Origin: Rhodopirellula sp.
GTDB taxonomy: Bacteria > Planctomycetota > Planctomycetia > Pirellulales > Thermoguttaceae
Assembly (NCBI GenBank): GCA_012728855.1
Contig: JAAYEH010000400.1
Coordinates: 34,899 to 98,898 of the forward strand
Direction: 5' to 3'
Length of the DNA: 64,000 nucleotides
The notes beneath the pieces are model-generated. The model saw only the letters and a program-made list of their open reading frames with translations. It was not told where the DNA came from and ran no database searches. Of the stretch, positions 32,556 to 41,848 are shown in pieces. Position numbers and translations under genes: made by a program. Positions within the stretch are counted from its first letter, which is position 1. Each line of letters begins with the position of its first letter.

Positions 32556-35500
32556 ATGAACAGACTGTGCCTTGTCCTATCCGCCGGCATCGCCGTTGCG
32601 ATGGCGCCGGCTCGCGGCCTGGTAGCCCAGGTCGAACTGGCTACCGACGCTCCAAAGCCGCTTTCGCCCGTGGAGAGCCTGGCTCACTTCCGCCTTCCCG
32701 AGGGATTTCGCATCGAGCTGGTCGCCGCGGAACCGCATATCGCCGATCCCGTGGCGATGGCGTTCGACGCGAAAGGCCGGATCTTCGTCTGCGAGATCCA
32801 CGGCTACAATCTCGAGGGATATCTGGACGTGCTGGAACTGAACAAGACGGGCCAGCTCGACACGGCGGTCCGCCGCATTCCCGCCAATCAACGGGCGATT
32901 GAAATGGCGGAACGGGAACAATACGGAACGGTCAAGCTTCTGGAGGATACCGACGGAGACGGCCGCATCGACCGCGCCACGATCTGGGCCGACCGACTGC
33001 CGCCGGCCTATGGAGTCGTGCCGGCGCGCGACGGCGTCGTTGTCCTTTGCGCGCCGGACATACTCTATCTGGCCGACCACGACGGCGACGGATCGGCCGA
33101 CTTCCGTGAGACCCTCTTCTCGGGGTTCGGTGCTTACGATATGTGGTCGCGGATCAACAATCCTCAATGGGGCATCGACAATTGGATCTATGCGGTCGGC
33201 GCGATTCAGAGCGGCGGAACGATCCGCGGACCGCATCTGCCACAGGATGTGCGCTTGCCCGCGGTCTGCTTCCGATTCAAGCCGGACGGCAGCCGTCTGG
33301 AAGCGTGCTCGGGCAGCACCAGCGGGTTCGGCCAGGCGCTGAACGACTGGGGCGACCGCTTTCTGGTAACCAATCAGCAGCACGCGTTGTACGTCGCTCC
33401 TTTGCCGCACCGCTATCTCGCCCGCAACCCCTTCTACGCCGCGCCCAGTCCGATGGTCAACATCTCCACGTACGGCCATCCCGCGCCCGTATTTCCCATC
33501 AGCCGGCCCGACCCCTGGCGGTTCGCGCGGAGCCAGGATCCGGCGTGGGTGAAGTTCTACGGTGCGGCGGAAGCGACCGCAAACGGCTTCTTCACGGCGG
33601 CCAGCGGTCCGGTCATCTACAACGCGGAGACCTTTCCCCCGCAGTACCACGGCAACCATTTCAGCGTCGACAACGCCCAGAACCTGGTCCACCGCTGTCT
33701 GCTGGAATCGGATGGCCTGAGCTACCAGGCCCGGCGACCCCGCGACGACGAAAAAACGGAGTTTCTTCTCTCCGACGAGCAGTGGTTCCGCCCGGTCAAT
33801 CTGACGGTCGGCCCCGACGGAGCGCTCTATATCGTCGATATGTACCGCGACATTATCGAGGACTACTCAGCCATCCCGCGATTCCTACAGCAGCGTTACG
33901 TGGAATCGATCATCGCCGGCAGCGACCGGGGGCGCATCTGGCGTGTGGCGACCGTCGACTCAGCCGGCAAGGTTCCACTCGATCTGACCGCGCGATCCGG
34001 GGTCCAACTCGTTGACGAACTCTCCGCGTGCAATTCCTGGCGGCGGCAGACCGCCCAGCGGCTGCTGGTCGAACGAGGCGATCGAGCGATAGGATCGACA
34101 CTCGCCGCGCTGGTTCGCGAAGGCGCAACGCCACAGGCCCGCCTGCACGCTCTTTGCACGCTGGACGGAGTTAACGCGATTGAGCCGGAGATGCTCGAAC
34201 GCGCACTTCGCGATCCGCATTTCGCGGTCCGTATGCATGCCCTCGCTTTGGCCGAACCGAGGCTCGTCGAGTGTCCGGCGTTGGCCGCTCGCGCGCTGGA
34301 GATGATCGCCGACGAACACCCTCGCGTTCGCCTGCAAGTGGCCTTCACTCTCGGCGAAATGAAGGAAGAAAAGGCCGCGGCGGCTCTCGCACAACTCGCC
34401 GCCAGCGATGGCGGCCACCCCTGGGTCCAGGCAGCCATCCTCAGCTCCGTTGCCGAATCGGCGGGAAGACTGGCGATAGAAATACTCAAGCGGAGCGAGG
34501 GAGGGGGCGAGTCGCACAGCCTGTTGCGGTCCCTGGGATCGATCGTCGGATCGCGCCACGACCGGCAGGAACTCGTTTTGCTGCTTGCCGCACTGGCGGA
34601 GATCCGGGACGAACGGCTTGCCGATGCCCTCTCGCTCTGTCTGGACGGCCTCACGCAAGGATTGGCGGCCTCGAAAGCGGAAATGCTTGTCTCGGATGAG
34701 GGGCGAAAAGCCGTGCAGAGTTTGCTGGCCCATCCGTCCGCGAGAGTTCGACAATTGGCGATCCTCGCAGCCGGTTCGCTCAAGCTCCAGGACTCGCTCG
34801 AGATGAAGGCCGCCCTAGCGGCTGCCAAGGATACGGCCCTCGACGAAAGCCGGTCGAGCCCCGATCGGCAGGCGGCGATAGGACTTCTCGCGATCGCCCC
34901 CCACGAAGTGCTGGCGACGGTCGTCGAGGAACTGCTCGATCCCCGGCGGCCGCTGGAGATTCAAGTGGCGGCGGTCGCTTCCATGGCGGCATCCGATCAT
35001 CCGCGTGCGAGCGAGACCCTTCTTTCCCGATGGCCGGTCTACACGCCCAAAGTCCAAGCGGCCGTCCTGGAAGCTGTCTTCAGCCATAAGAACCGGTTGT
35101 CCGGCCTGCTCGATTCGATCGAAGCGGGCCGAATGCCATCGTCGGCGTTAGACGCCAATCGGAGATCGCAGTTGCTGGGCGATCCCGATGCCTCCATCCG
35201 TGGGCGAGCCGAAGAACTGCTTGCCCGCGCCGCCCAACCGGATCGGCAGCAGGTGCTCGAACGCTACCTGTCAGCGAGGGCTCTGCCTCGCGATTCGCGG
35301 CGGGGAAAGTCCGTGTATCAAGAGCAGTGCGCCAAGTGCCACAAGTTGGGCGAGGCGGGATACGTGGTCGGACCGGACCTTTCGGTCATCAAGAGCAAGA
35401 CGGACGAAATGCTGATCTCGGATGTCCTCGATCCGAGCGATCTTCTCACAGCCGGGTATCAGAACTACACGGTCGTGACCGAAGCCGGCCGCATCTTTAC

Positions 35501-35699
35501 CGGCGTGTTGGCGGCGGAGACGGCCACCAGCGTTACGCTCCGCAAAGAAGAAGGCGTCGAACAGACCATCCTTCGCAAAGACATCGACGAAATGGAAGCC
35601 TCGTCGATTTCCATGATGCCCGAAGATCTCGATCGGCAGGTCAGTCCGCAGAACGTCGTAGACTTGATCGCGTATCTTCGCGAGGCATTTGAACCGTAG
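32556..35699 (+). CDS. PVC-type membrane-bound dehydrogenase-domain / HEAT-repeat / C-terminal CxxCH heme-binding protein
   Basis: N-terminus FRLPEGFRIELVAAEPHIADPVAMAFDAKGRIFV. Central HEAT-like repeats. C-terminus GKSVYQEQCAKCHKLGEAGYVVGPDLS..MPEDL. Confidence 0.85.
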   Translation: MNRLCLVLSAGIAVAMAPARGLVAQVELATDAPKPLSPVESLAHFRLPEGFRIELVAAEPHIADPVAMAFDAKGRIFVCEIHGYNLEGYLDVLELNKTGQLDTAVRRIPANQRAIEMAEREQYGTVKLLEDTDGDGRIDRATIWADRLPPAYGVVPARDGVVVLCAPDILYLADHDGDGSADFRETLFSGFGAYDMWSRINNPQWGIDNWIYAVGAIQSGGTIRGPHLPQDVRLPAVCFRFKPDGSRLEACSGSTSGFGQALNDWGDRFLVTNQQHALYVAPLPHRYLARNPFYAAPSPMVNISTYGHPAPVFPISRPDPWRFARSQDPAWVKFYGAAEATANGFFTAASGPVIYNAETFPPQYHGNHFSVDNAQNLVHRCLLESDGLSYQARRPRDDEKTEFLLSDEQWFRPVNLTVGPDGALYIVDMYRDIIEDYSAIPRFLQQRYVESIIAGSDRGRIWRVATVDSAGKVPLDLTARSGVQLVDELSACNSWRRQTAQRLLVERGDRAIGSTLAALVREGATPQARLHALCTLDGVNAIEPEMLERALRDPHFAVRMHALALAEPRLVECPALAARALEMIADEHPRVRLQVAFTLGEMKEEKAAAALAQLAASDGGHPWVQAAILSSVAESAGRLAIEILKRSEGGGESHSLLRSLGSIVGSRHDRQELVLLLAALAEIRDERLADALSLCLDGLTQGLAASKAEMLVSDEGRKAVQSLLAHPSARVRQLAILAAGSLKLQDSLEMKAALAAAKDTALDESRSSPDRQAAIGLLAIAPHEVLATVVEELLDPRRPLEIQVAAVASMAASDHPRASETLLSRWPVYTPKVQAAVLEAVFSHKNRLSGLLDSIEAGRMPSSALDANRRSQLLGDPDASIRGRAEELLARAAQPDRQQVLERYLSARALPRDSRRGKSVYQEQCAKCHKLGEAGYVVGPDLSVIKSKTDEMLISDVLDPSDLLTAGYQNYTVVTEAGRIFTGVLAAETATSVTLRKEEGVEQTILRKDIDEMEASSISMMPEDLDRQVSPQNVVDLIAYLREAFEP

Positions 35700-35706
35700 C
35701 AGGTCA

Positions 35707-35737
35707 TCAGCCCGGCTGCTGCGAGCAGCCGGGCTGA
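35707..35737. terminator. Bidirectional terminator-like hairpin between convergent genes
   Basis: TCAGCCCGGCTGC-tgcga-GCAGCCGGGCTGA, 8 nt after one stop codon and 10 nt before the other. Confidence 0.5.
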
Positions 35738-35746
35738 GCTTTGGGC

Positions 35747-36910
35747 TCAGACGCTCGCGACGGCCTCCGTCTCGGCCGGCCAGGCTACTCCATCTTCTTC
35801 CTCGCGATCATCGCTTGCATCGCGCACGAACTCCAAGGGGCCGGCCGCGCCGCGGCGGCTGCCCGGATAGAACAGTTCGACGGCGGCCAGGAACTGCGAC
35901 AGGTCGGGGGCCCGCACCATCTCGGCCGCCTCCAACTCGAACTTGTCTCGCAATTCGTAGACCAGATGCCGGCCCATCGGCCAGCGAACGCTCATGATAT
36001 CATTGATTTCGTTGAGCAATTGATAGACGCGTGCCCGCGTGAGGCCCATCGTGCGAGCCGCCTGCCGGACACTGGTAATCGGGCCGAGGATGCCCAAGCG
36101 GTTCTCGGCAAGGCTGGAGACCTGGTGCGTCGCATCGACACGGACCTGCTCGACGAGCGGTGCCACGAAATGATCGTAGAGATCCTGATTGCTGGGAATC
36201 CCCGGCGTCTGCAGCATTCGGTTTGTCCACGTGTCGACCTTGTCGATCCGACGCGGAAGAATCCGCACCGTCAGGTGATCCATCCGGCCCACGCAGGACA
36301 TAAGCGTGTGAACACCGTGGAAGACTTCCAGGATCGCCTGGACGCGTTTCTCGCCGTGGGTCTTCATGGACCGAATCTCGCTGAGGCTCAATCCCGTGTA
36401 CGACTCCAGCGGCGAATTCCAGATCACCCGCGTCATGTTCTGCAGGCTGGGAGCAAAGCGGCCAAGAACCTCTTTGCCCAGCCCGTGGCGGATCACGCAC
36501 GCCCGCCACTGGCTCCAGACCACCTCCGATACCCCGGCAGGATCAAACCCGTTGGACGGCAGGCCGGCCGATATCGCGGTCTTCCCATTTTCTCGCAATG
36601 GTGCCAGTTCGATTGGCAACTCCGTAGGATCCGAGTTGGCAACGCGGGCGAGCAGTGCGATGAAAGAGCGGATCTTCTTCTGTCCGATTCCAGGCGTGGC
36701 AATCAGGTCGGAGAAGGGAGTGTTCAACAAATCGCTCAATGTGCGGCCCAACAAGGCCAGCGGCATGCGGCGGTCGGTCGGCAGCGCCCAATAAGCCAAC
36801 GGCTTCTCCAGGTGCTGCGCGTACTGGGCGCTGAGCAGCAGACGGCGCACACTCTCGAAACGACTAATCAACTGGAGTTGCTCAACCGAAGTTGTCTTCG
36901 CCGGTTTCAT
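35747..36910 (-). CDS. Hypothetical protein with HhH-like motifs and a sigma-70 region-4-like HTH
   Basis: RBS GAGGAG precedes ATG 36910. Motifs FSDLIATPGIGQKKIRSFIALLARV, LSEIRSMKTHGEKRVQAILEVF, SVRQAARTMGLTRARVYQLLNEI. Acidic C-terminus. Confidence 0.65.
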   Translation of the reverse strand: MKPAKTTSVEQLQLISRFESVRRLLLSAQYAQHLEKPLAYWALPTDRRMPLALLGRTLSDLLNTPFSDLIATPGIGQKKIRSFIALLARVANSDPTELPIELAPLRENGKTAISAGLPSNGFDPAGVSEVVWSQWRACVIRHGLGKEVLGRFAPSLQNMTRVIWNSPLESYTGLSLSEIRSMKTHGEKRVQAILEVFHGVHTLMSCVGRMDHLTVRILPRRIDKVDTWTNRMLQTPGIPSNQDLYDHFVAPLVEQVRVDATHQVSSLAENRLGILGPITSVRQAARTMGLTRARVYQLLNEINDIMSVRWPMGRHLVYELRDKFELEAAEMVRAPDLSQFLAAVELFYPGSRRGAAGPLEFVRDASDDREEEDGVAWPAETEAVASV

Positions 36911-37313
36911 GATTCGCTCCTCGGCCGGGGCTGCCGCACACGCAACCTTCCGCGGCGAAGGTCGGTGCAAAAACACAGTTGCAGGATGACCGTTCTGGTG
37001 GGCTTCGTTCTCATTCGGCGGGATTGTGGCAGGCCATCCGCCGACAGGAATCGGCGGCTGTTGGCACAAACCGGGTGGGTAAGCCGCAATGCATCTCGTC
37101 TGCCGCCCCACAAAAAGCTTTAGGCAGACGGCATCGCTGTCGCTGGCTCCAATTTTGCTTCGCGGGGGGACGGCAGTCAAGATACGTTAAAGCCTTTTTT
37201 TTGAATAATCCGGCAACTTGTTCCCAAAAACCGGCAAATACCCCCTGCTTTCCGCAGAATGAGGCCGACGCCCACCTCACAACCCGCGGCACCGTCCTAA
37301 GCCTATTTGGACT

Positions 37314-37336
37314 TTTTCCGGGAATTCCTCGGAAAA
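37314..37336. promoter_or_regulatory. 23-nt near-perfect palindrome (operator-like)
   Basis: TTTTCCGGGAATTCCTCGGAAAA, with one mismatch between the half-sites. Lies in a 635-nt divergent intergenic region. Confidence 0.3.
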
Positions 37337-37546
37337 TCCTCCAGCCCGATTTGCGTAGGGAACGGCTGAGGGCTCCCCGAACCGGCTCGCGGCGCCGAAT
37401 CTGCGGCTTTTCCCGGATGCCACTGCTGTGTGGCTGCGATGAAATTGCTTTGCCCGCCGACGCTCGCCGAGCCGATTACAAGGAACATCCTCAACCGGGG
37501 CCTCATGGCCACACGCAGTTCCCTCAACCATGCGAGAGAGTCCAGC

Positions 37547-37867
37547 ATGAAAAAAGCGACATATCGGGTTGTCATGCGTGCAGCCGACGGCCAATTGCGG
37601 ATTCGGGATTACGACAGCCATGAGGATCTGCTCAAGCGTCACACTCAGATTGGCATCGACGATTGCAGCACGGACCTCGGGCTGCGTGGACTGCCGGTCT
37701 TCCGAGGCCTGATTGGACCGATCCCGGAGGGCAAGGACGTGATCCGTTATGAGACTCCCGAGGTTTTCGAGACGCTCACCAAAGAATGGGGGATGCTGAA
37801 GACTCCACGACGCAGCCGCACTCGACGGCCTACCACCGAACGCCCGACGATAACGGAATCCCCCTGA
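37547..37867 (+). CDS. Small hypothetical protein (106 aa)
   Basis: MKKATYRVVMRAADGQLRIRDYDSHEDLL.. with a basic Arg/Thr-rich tail. Codon usage is acceptable. No family recognised. Confidence 0.4.
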   Translation: MKKATYRVVMRAADGQLRIRDYDSHEDLLKRHTQIGIDDCSTDLGLRGLPVFRGLIGPIPEGKDVIRYETPEVFETLTKEWGMLKTPRRSRTRRPTTERPTITESP

Positions 37868-38011
37868 GGCGTCCTTCAATCCGCACGACCGGCCCAAAGC
37901 GACCGGTGCCACGGGCAGCCCGGCCACTACCATCGGGCAACGGCCAAATGCTGCGGGAAAAAGGATGGCCAACACCGGGCTGCTTGACACTTGTGCCACC
38001 CACCAATTAGC

Positions 38012-39154
38012 ATGATCGCTCGCAGTGGGTTAAGCAAATGGACGCAGCCGGTGGAACAGCCTGAACTCGATCTTTGGCATATGCGGCGGGCCTTGGACTT
38101 GGCCGCGGCGGGGCAGGGGCACGTCGAGCCAAACCCTATGGTCGGGTGCGTTATTGCGCTGGGGGCGGAGGTTATTGGTGAGGGCTGGCACCGCAGCTTC
38201 GGAGGTCCGCACGCCGAAATCGAGGCCCTCAAGCTGGCTGGCCAGCATGCGTCGGGCGCCACGCTTTACGTTACCCTGGAACCGTGTTGCCATTACGGCA
38301 AAACCCCTCCCTGCACCAAGGCGATCCTGGAAGCCGGCATTCGCCGGGTCGTGGTAGCCGGGTCCGATCCTTTTCCCAAGGTAGCCGGAGGCGGATTGGC
38401 GGAGCTTCAGGCGGCGGGTATCGACGTTGAAGTGGGTTTGCTGGAGGGGGAATCGCGGCGACTGAATGCCCCCTACTTGAAGCTCGTTCGGACCGGACGG
38501 CCGTGGATCATCGGAAAGTGGGCGATGACCCTCGACGGCAAGACCGCCAGTCGCGCGGGAACCAGCCAGTGGATCTCCAATCCCGAATCGCGGCGGATCG
38601 TACACGGGATTCGCGGCCGTGTGGACGCCATCCTGATCGGTCGCGAAACGGCCCAGTTGGACAACCCGCTGCTGACGGCACGGCCACCCGGACCACGCAC
38701 AGCCCTTCGAGTGGTCGTCGACACGCACGCCTCGCTATCGCCGGCCAGCCAACTGGTCTCGACGTCGAAGGACGTGCCGGTACTGATCGCCGTCGGACCT
38801 CATGCGTCGGTAGCCGACCGTAATCGCTTGATCCAGGGCGGCTGCGAGATCTTCGTCTGTTCGGCCACGCGCCACGCCGCCCGGCTCGATCAATTGCTCG
38901 AAGAGCTGGGACGTCGCCGCTTGACGAACGTGCTCGCCGAAGGGGGCAGCCGTCTGCTGGGCAGCCTACTTGACGCGCGGCAGATCGACGAGGCCCACGT
39001 TTTTATCGCCCCCAAGCTGCTCGGCGGCGCATCGGCCCGCAGCGCCATGGCCGGCGACGGCTTCGAGGAAATCGCCAAAGCCCCATCGCTCGAACAGCCG
39101 ATCATCGAGGCGATTGACGGCGACGTGTACGTTCACGGGTGCGTCGTCTGGTGA
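38012..39154 (+). CDS. ribD: Bifunctional riboflavin biosynthesis protein RibD (deaminase/reductase)
   Basis: HMRRALDLAAAGQGHVEPNPMVGCVI..GGPHAEIEALK..TLYVTLEPCCHYGKTPPCT (CMP/dCMP deaminase zinc motif), followed by a RibD_C-like half. Confidence 0.9.
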   Translation: MIARSGLSKWTQPVEQPELDLWHMRRALDLAAAGQGHVEPNPMVGCVIALGAEVIGEGWHRSFGGPHAEIEALKLAGQHASGATLYVTLEPCCHYGKTPPCTKAILEAGIRRVVVAGSDPFPKVAGGGLAELQAAGIDVEVGLLEGESRRLNAPYLKLVRTGRPWIIGKWAMTLDGKTASRAGTSQWISNPESRRIVHGIRGRVDAILIGRETAQLDNPLLTARPPGPRTALRVVVDTHASLSPASQLVSTSKDVPVLIAVGPHASVADRNRLIQGGCEIFVCSATRHAARLDQLLEELGRRRLTNVLAEGGSRLLGSLLDARQIDEAHVFIAPKLLGGASARSAMAGDGFEEIAKAPSLEQPIIEAIDGDVYVHGCVVW

Positions 39155-39170
39155 GCATCGATTCCACGGG

Positions 39171-40220
39171 CTACAGTTTCGCCGCGTAGGCGATTACGTA
39201 GGAAATCCCCGCCATGACAGCCGCGAGGCCGAACATGGTGGCGAAGGTCGTGAGATTGTATTCCAACCCGCGCGTGAAAAATACTCTGTAAAACATGAAA
39301 AGGAACACGGTCACGGCAAACCCTGCCATGGCCATCAGTTTCCGGCGCTTGGCCATTTCCTCGGGCGAACGGGGTTCGGCGCCGGCTTCCGCGGCGGGTT
39401 GATCCGGCGCTGCCGCGGCCACGGGCGGGTCGGATGCCGAGGCGGGCCGTTTCGCAGCGGCGGCGGCGGCCAGCGCCGCGGCCACGGCGTTGTTCTGAAC
39501 GCCGTCGCGGGAATAGTGCTTGGCAATCTCGGCGTTGACGGCCGCAGCCGTGCAGAGGATCGTCCGCACCGGCAGCCCAAACCGCAGGCGCAGCTCCTCT
39601 TCGACGTTCGGATCGATCGGGTTCGGCGAGGCCATCAGCAGTTGGCTGCCGTCGATGAGCACCGGCACGCACGAATGCTGGCGGGCCATCGGGGCCGGAA
39701 CCAACGGTATCAGTTCCGGGCTGATCTGGATATCGCCCAGGTCGATGTACGGCAGACCTTGCGACTCGGCATAGGCCTGCATCACGACTTCGGGCGGGGC
39801 CAGCTTCTGCTGAACGACCGCATCCCGGACTTCCAGCCCCACGGCATTGGCGAAGTTACGGGCCTTTTCGAGTTGCTGCCGGTCGATGGTCTTATTGGCC
39901 AGGAGGATCTCTTCCAGACTGCGGCGGCGCCCTTCGCCTTTGTCCTCGCGGCCCAGCGAAGCGTCGTATTCCCGCTTCCGCTGCGCGTCGGTGAGGCAGA
40001 GCATGGCCTTGGCCAATTCGTTGAGCAGATCCTGCGACTGCTTGGCGTACTCGCCCGTGCCGAACTTGCGGACGTGGGCATTCATCCGCCGGTAGCGCTC
40101 GCGGATCACCTGCGCATCGTCTTCAAATGTCTTCACACGCAATAGCTGATAGTAGCTCAGCGGTCGAGCCGTTTCGGTAATCTTCAGCCAGTCGCGGTAG
40201 ACGTCAAGGGTTTCGGGCAT
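39171..40220 (-). CDS. J-like domain (HPD replaced by HVR) + T2SSE_N/MshEN-type domain + C-terminal TM anchor protein
   Basis: SYYQLLRVKTFEDDAQVIRERYRRMNAHVRKF..LTDAQRKREYDASLG. Then QGLPYIDLGDIQISPELIPLVPAPMARQHSCVPVLIDGSQLLMASPNPIDP. Then TM LMAMAGFAVTVFLFMF and FGLAAVMAGISYVIAYA. ATG 40220 lies 2 nt after the Hsp70 stop. Confidence 0.75.
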   Translation of the reverse strand: MPETLDVYRDWLKITETARPLSYYQLLRVKTFEDDAQVIRERYRRMNAHVRKFGTGEYAKQSQDLLNELAKAMLCLTDAQRKREYDASLGREDKGEGRRRSLEEILLANKTIDRQQLEKARNFANAVGLEVRDAVVQQKLAPPEVVMQAYAESQGLPYIDLGDIQISPELIPLVPAPMARQHSCVPVLIDGSQLLMASPNPIDPNVEEELRLRFGLPVRTILCTAAAVNAEIAKHYSRDGVQNNAVAAALAAAAAAKRPASASDPPVAAAAPDQPAAEAGAEPRSPEEMAKRRKLMAMAGFAVTVFLFMFYRVFFTRGLEYNLTTFATMFGLAAVMAGISYVIAYAAKL

Positions 40221-40222
40221 GG

Positions 40223-41794
40223 CTAATCCACCTGGTACTCGGTAGCAAGCTGGGAGTAGACGTCGACCTGGTCTTCGTTCAACCCCCCGCGGCGTTGAAT
40301 GGAAATGGCGGCCTCCTTCCCGCCGGTCTTGTCGCGCGCGGTTACGGCGATGCGGCCGGACGCGTCGAAGGCATAGGTCACCTCGACCGGCGCTCCCTTG
40401 GGCAGATCGGTCGGTAGATCGGTGATGCGGCACTTTCCCAAAAGCGAGCACGCCGTCGGATCGGGGGCATCCCCTTCGAGAACCTGCACGGCCACGCGTT
40501 CCTGGCCGTCGCGGTTGGTCTTGAAGATCTGCGACACCTCGACCGGCAAGCGGGTGTTGCGCGGTATCATCACATGGTTGAGCGCCTTGCCCGACTTCGG
40601 ATTCGTTGCCACGATCCCCAGGCCGTGCGAGTTGACGTTCTCCTGCTTCACGGCGGCGAGCAACTTGCGGAGCTTTTCGGAGACCTCGGCGCCGCCGCGA
40701 TATTTCGCCTCCAAGATCGCCGCATGGATCGCCGCCCCCTGCGCAACCGCCGAAAAGGGGGATAGTTCCAGATAGGGCTTGATCCCCAGCAGCTTTTCTA
40801 ACATCGCGGGAACGGCCGGCATCAGCGTCGATCCGCCGACCAACACCACGGCATCGAGATCCTTGACGCGTGTATCGGCCTGTTGAAGAACCAGTTCGGT
40901 GGTGTCGGCCGTCCGCTGCAGCAGGTCGGCCGTCATCGTTTCGAACTGGCTGCGCGTGATCGTAATCGCGATCGCCTTGCCCGCGTGGCGGCAGGTGATT
41001 GTCGCTTTCTGCTTCTCGGAAAGATCCACCTTCGCGAGGTCGCAATCGTTGCGGAGAATCTGCACCGTCGCCGCCGATTCGCGCGGGTCGACGCCGTGGC
41101 GGGACTTGAACTCGTCCGCGACGTGATCCAAGAGACGATCGTTCCAGTCGACGCCGCCGAGTTGCACGTCGCCGTCGGTGGCGAGAACCTGGAAATGGGT
41201 GGGCGTGTACTGCACCACGGTCACATCGAACGTGCCGCCTCCCAAATCGTAGATCAATGCTTTGCGCGGGCGGGCGGTCGTCGAGCCGGCCCCCAATTCA
41301 CCGCGGCGCCACGCGTAGGTGAGCGTGGCGGCGGTCGGCTCGTTGATGATGTCGATCACATTCAAGCCGGCGATCCGTCCGGCGTCTTGCGTTGCCTTGC
41401 GACGCGCGTCATTGAAGTAGTACGGAACGGTGATCACGGCGTTGCCGATCTTGCCGATCCGCTTCTCGGCGTCCTGCCGGAGCTTTTTGAGGATCAGCGC
41501 GGAGAGGAATTCGGGCGTGATCGGGCGGCCGTCGAACGTCCGCTTGAACTCGCTCTCGCCCATGTGCCGCTTGATCCGCTCGACGACGTTGTCGGGATCC
41601 TCCATCGCCGCGCGGGTGCGATTGGGGCCGACGATCACGTGCTTCGTCGCCGTGAGCAGGATCAGGCTGGCGGTTTCAACTTCGTCGTCCTCGTTCGGAA
41701 TGGCTACCGGATTGCCGTCTCTGTCCAACTGGGCGAGCGTGGAGTAGGTCGTGCCCAGGTCGATGCCTACCGTCTGGCCTTCGTCGAATTGCAT
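40223..41794 (-). CDS. Hsp70 family protein, short (no helical lid); HscC-like
   Basis: VGIDLGTTYSTLA, DLGGGTFDVTVV, VVLVGGSTLMP. 523 aa, ending right after the beta-sandwich substrate domain. Confidence 0.88.
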   Translation of the reverse strand: MQFDEGQTVGIDLGTTYSTLAQLDRDGNPVAIPNEDDEVETASLILLTATKHVIVGPNRTRAAMEDPDNVVERIKRHMGESEFKRTFDGRPITPEFLSALILKKLRQDAEKRIGKIGNAVITVPYYFNDARRKATQDAGRIAGLNVIDIINEPTAATLTYAWRRGELGAGSTTARPRKALIYDLGGGTFDVTVVQYTPTHFQVLATDGDVQLGGVDWNDRLLDHVADEFKSRHGVDPRESAATVQILRNDCDLAKVDLSEKQKATITCRHAGKAIAITITRSQFETMTADLLQRTADTTELVLQQADTRVKDLDAVVLVGGSTLMPAVPAMLEKLLGIKPYLELSPFSAVAQGAAIHAAILEAKYRGGAEVSEKLRKLLAAVKQENVNSHGLGIVATNPKSGKALNHVMIPRNTRLPVEVSQIFKTNRDGQERVAVQVLEGDAPDPTACSLLGKCRITDLPTDLPKGAPVEVTYAFDASGRIAVTARDKTGGKEAAISIQRRGGLNEDQVDVYSQLATEYQVD

Positions 41795-41848
41795 GTTGCC
41801 GCTTCCACAGGGTAGCTGGAGGAGCGAAGTCTCGCCGACTCGATCGGC

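Noticed and set aside
35741-37123. 460-aa + strand ORF. A similar case is 47530-49209 (559 aa).
   Set aside because: Both are antisense to better-supported minus-strand genes that have SD sequences and recognisable motifs. Their composition is Arg/Gln/Gly-rich junk.
37868-38011. FMN riboswitch upstream of ribD.
   Set aside because: The region is only about 140 nt, and I could not find the conserved FMN-element strings (for example the AGGATAGTGAAAGGGAAC-type and CCGACGG-type segments). An Infernal RF00050 scan would settle it.
40221-41045. N-terminal 275 aa of the 624-aa track ORF 39171-41045.
   Set aside because: This extension overlaps the Hsp70 gene in another frame and is Arg/Gly/Pro-rich. 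The J-like protein starts at ATG 40220, 2 nt after the Hsp70 stop.
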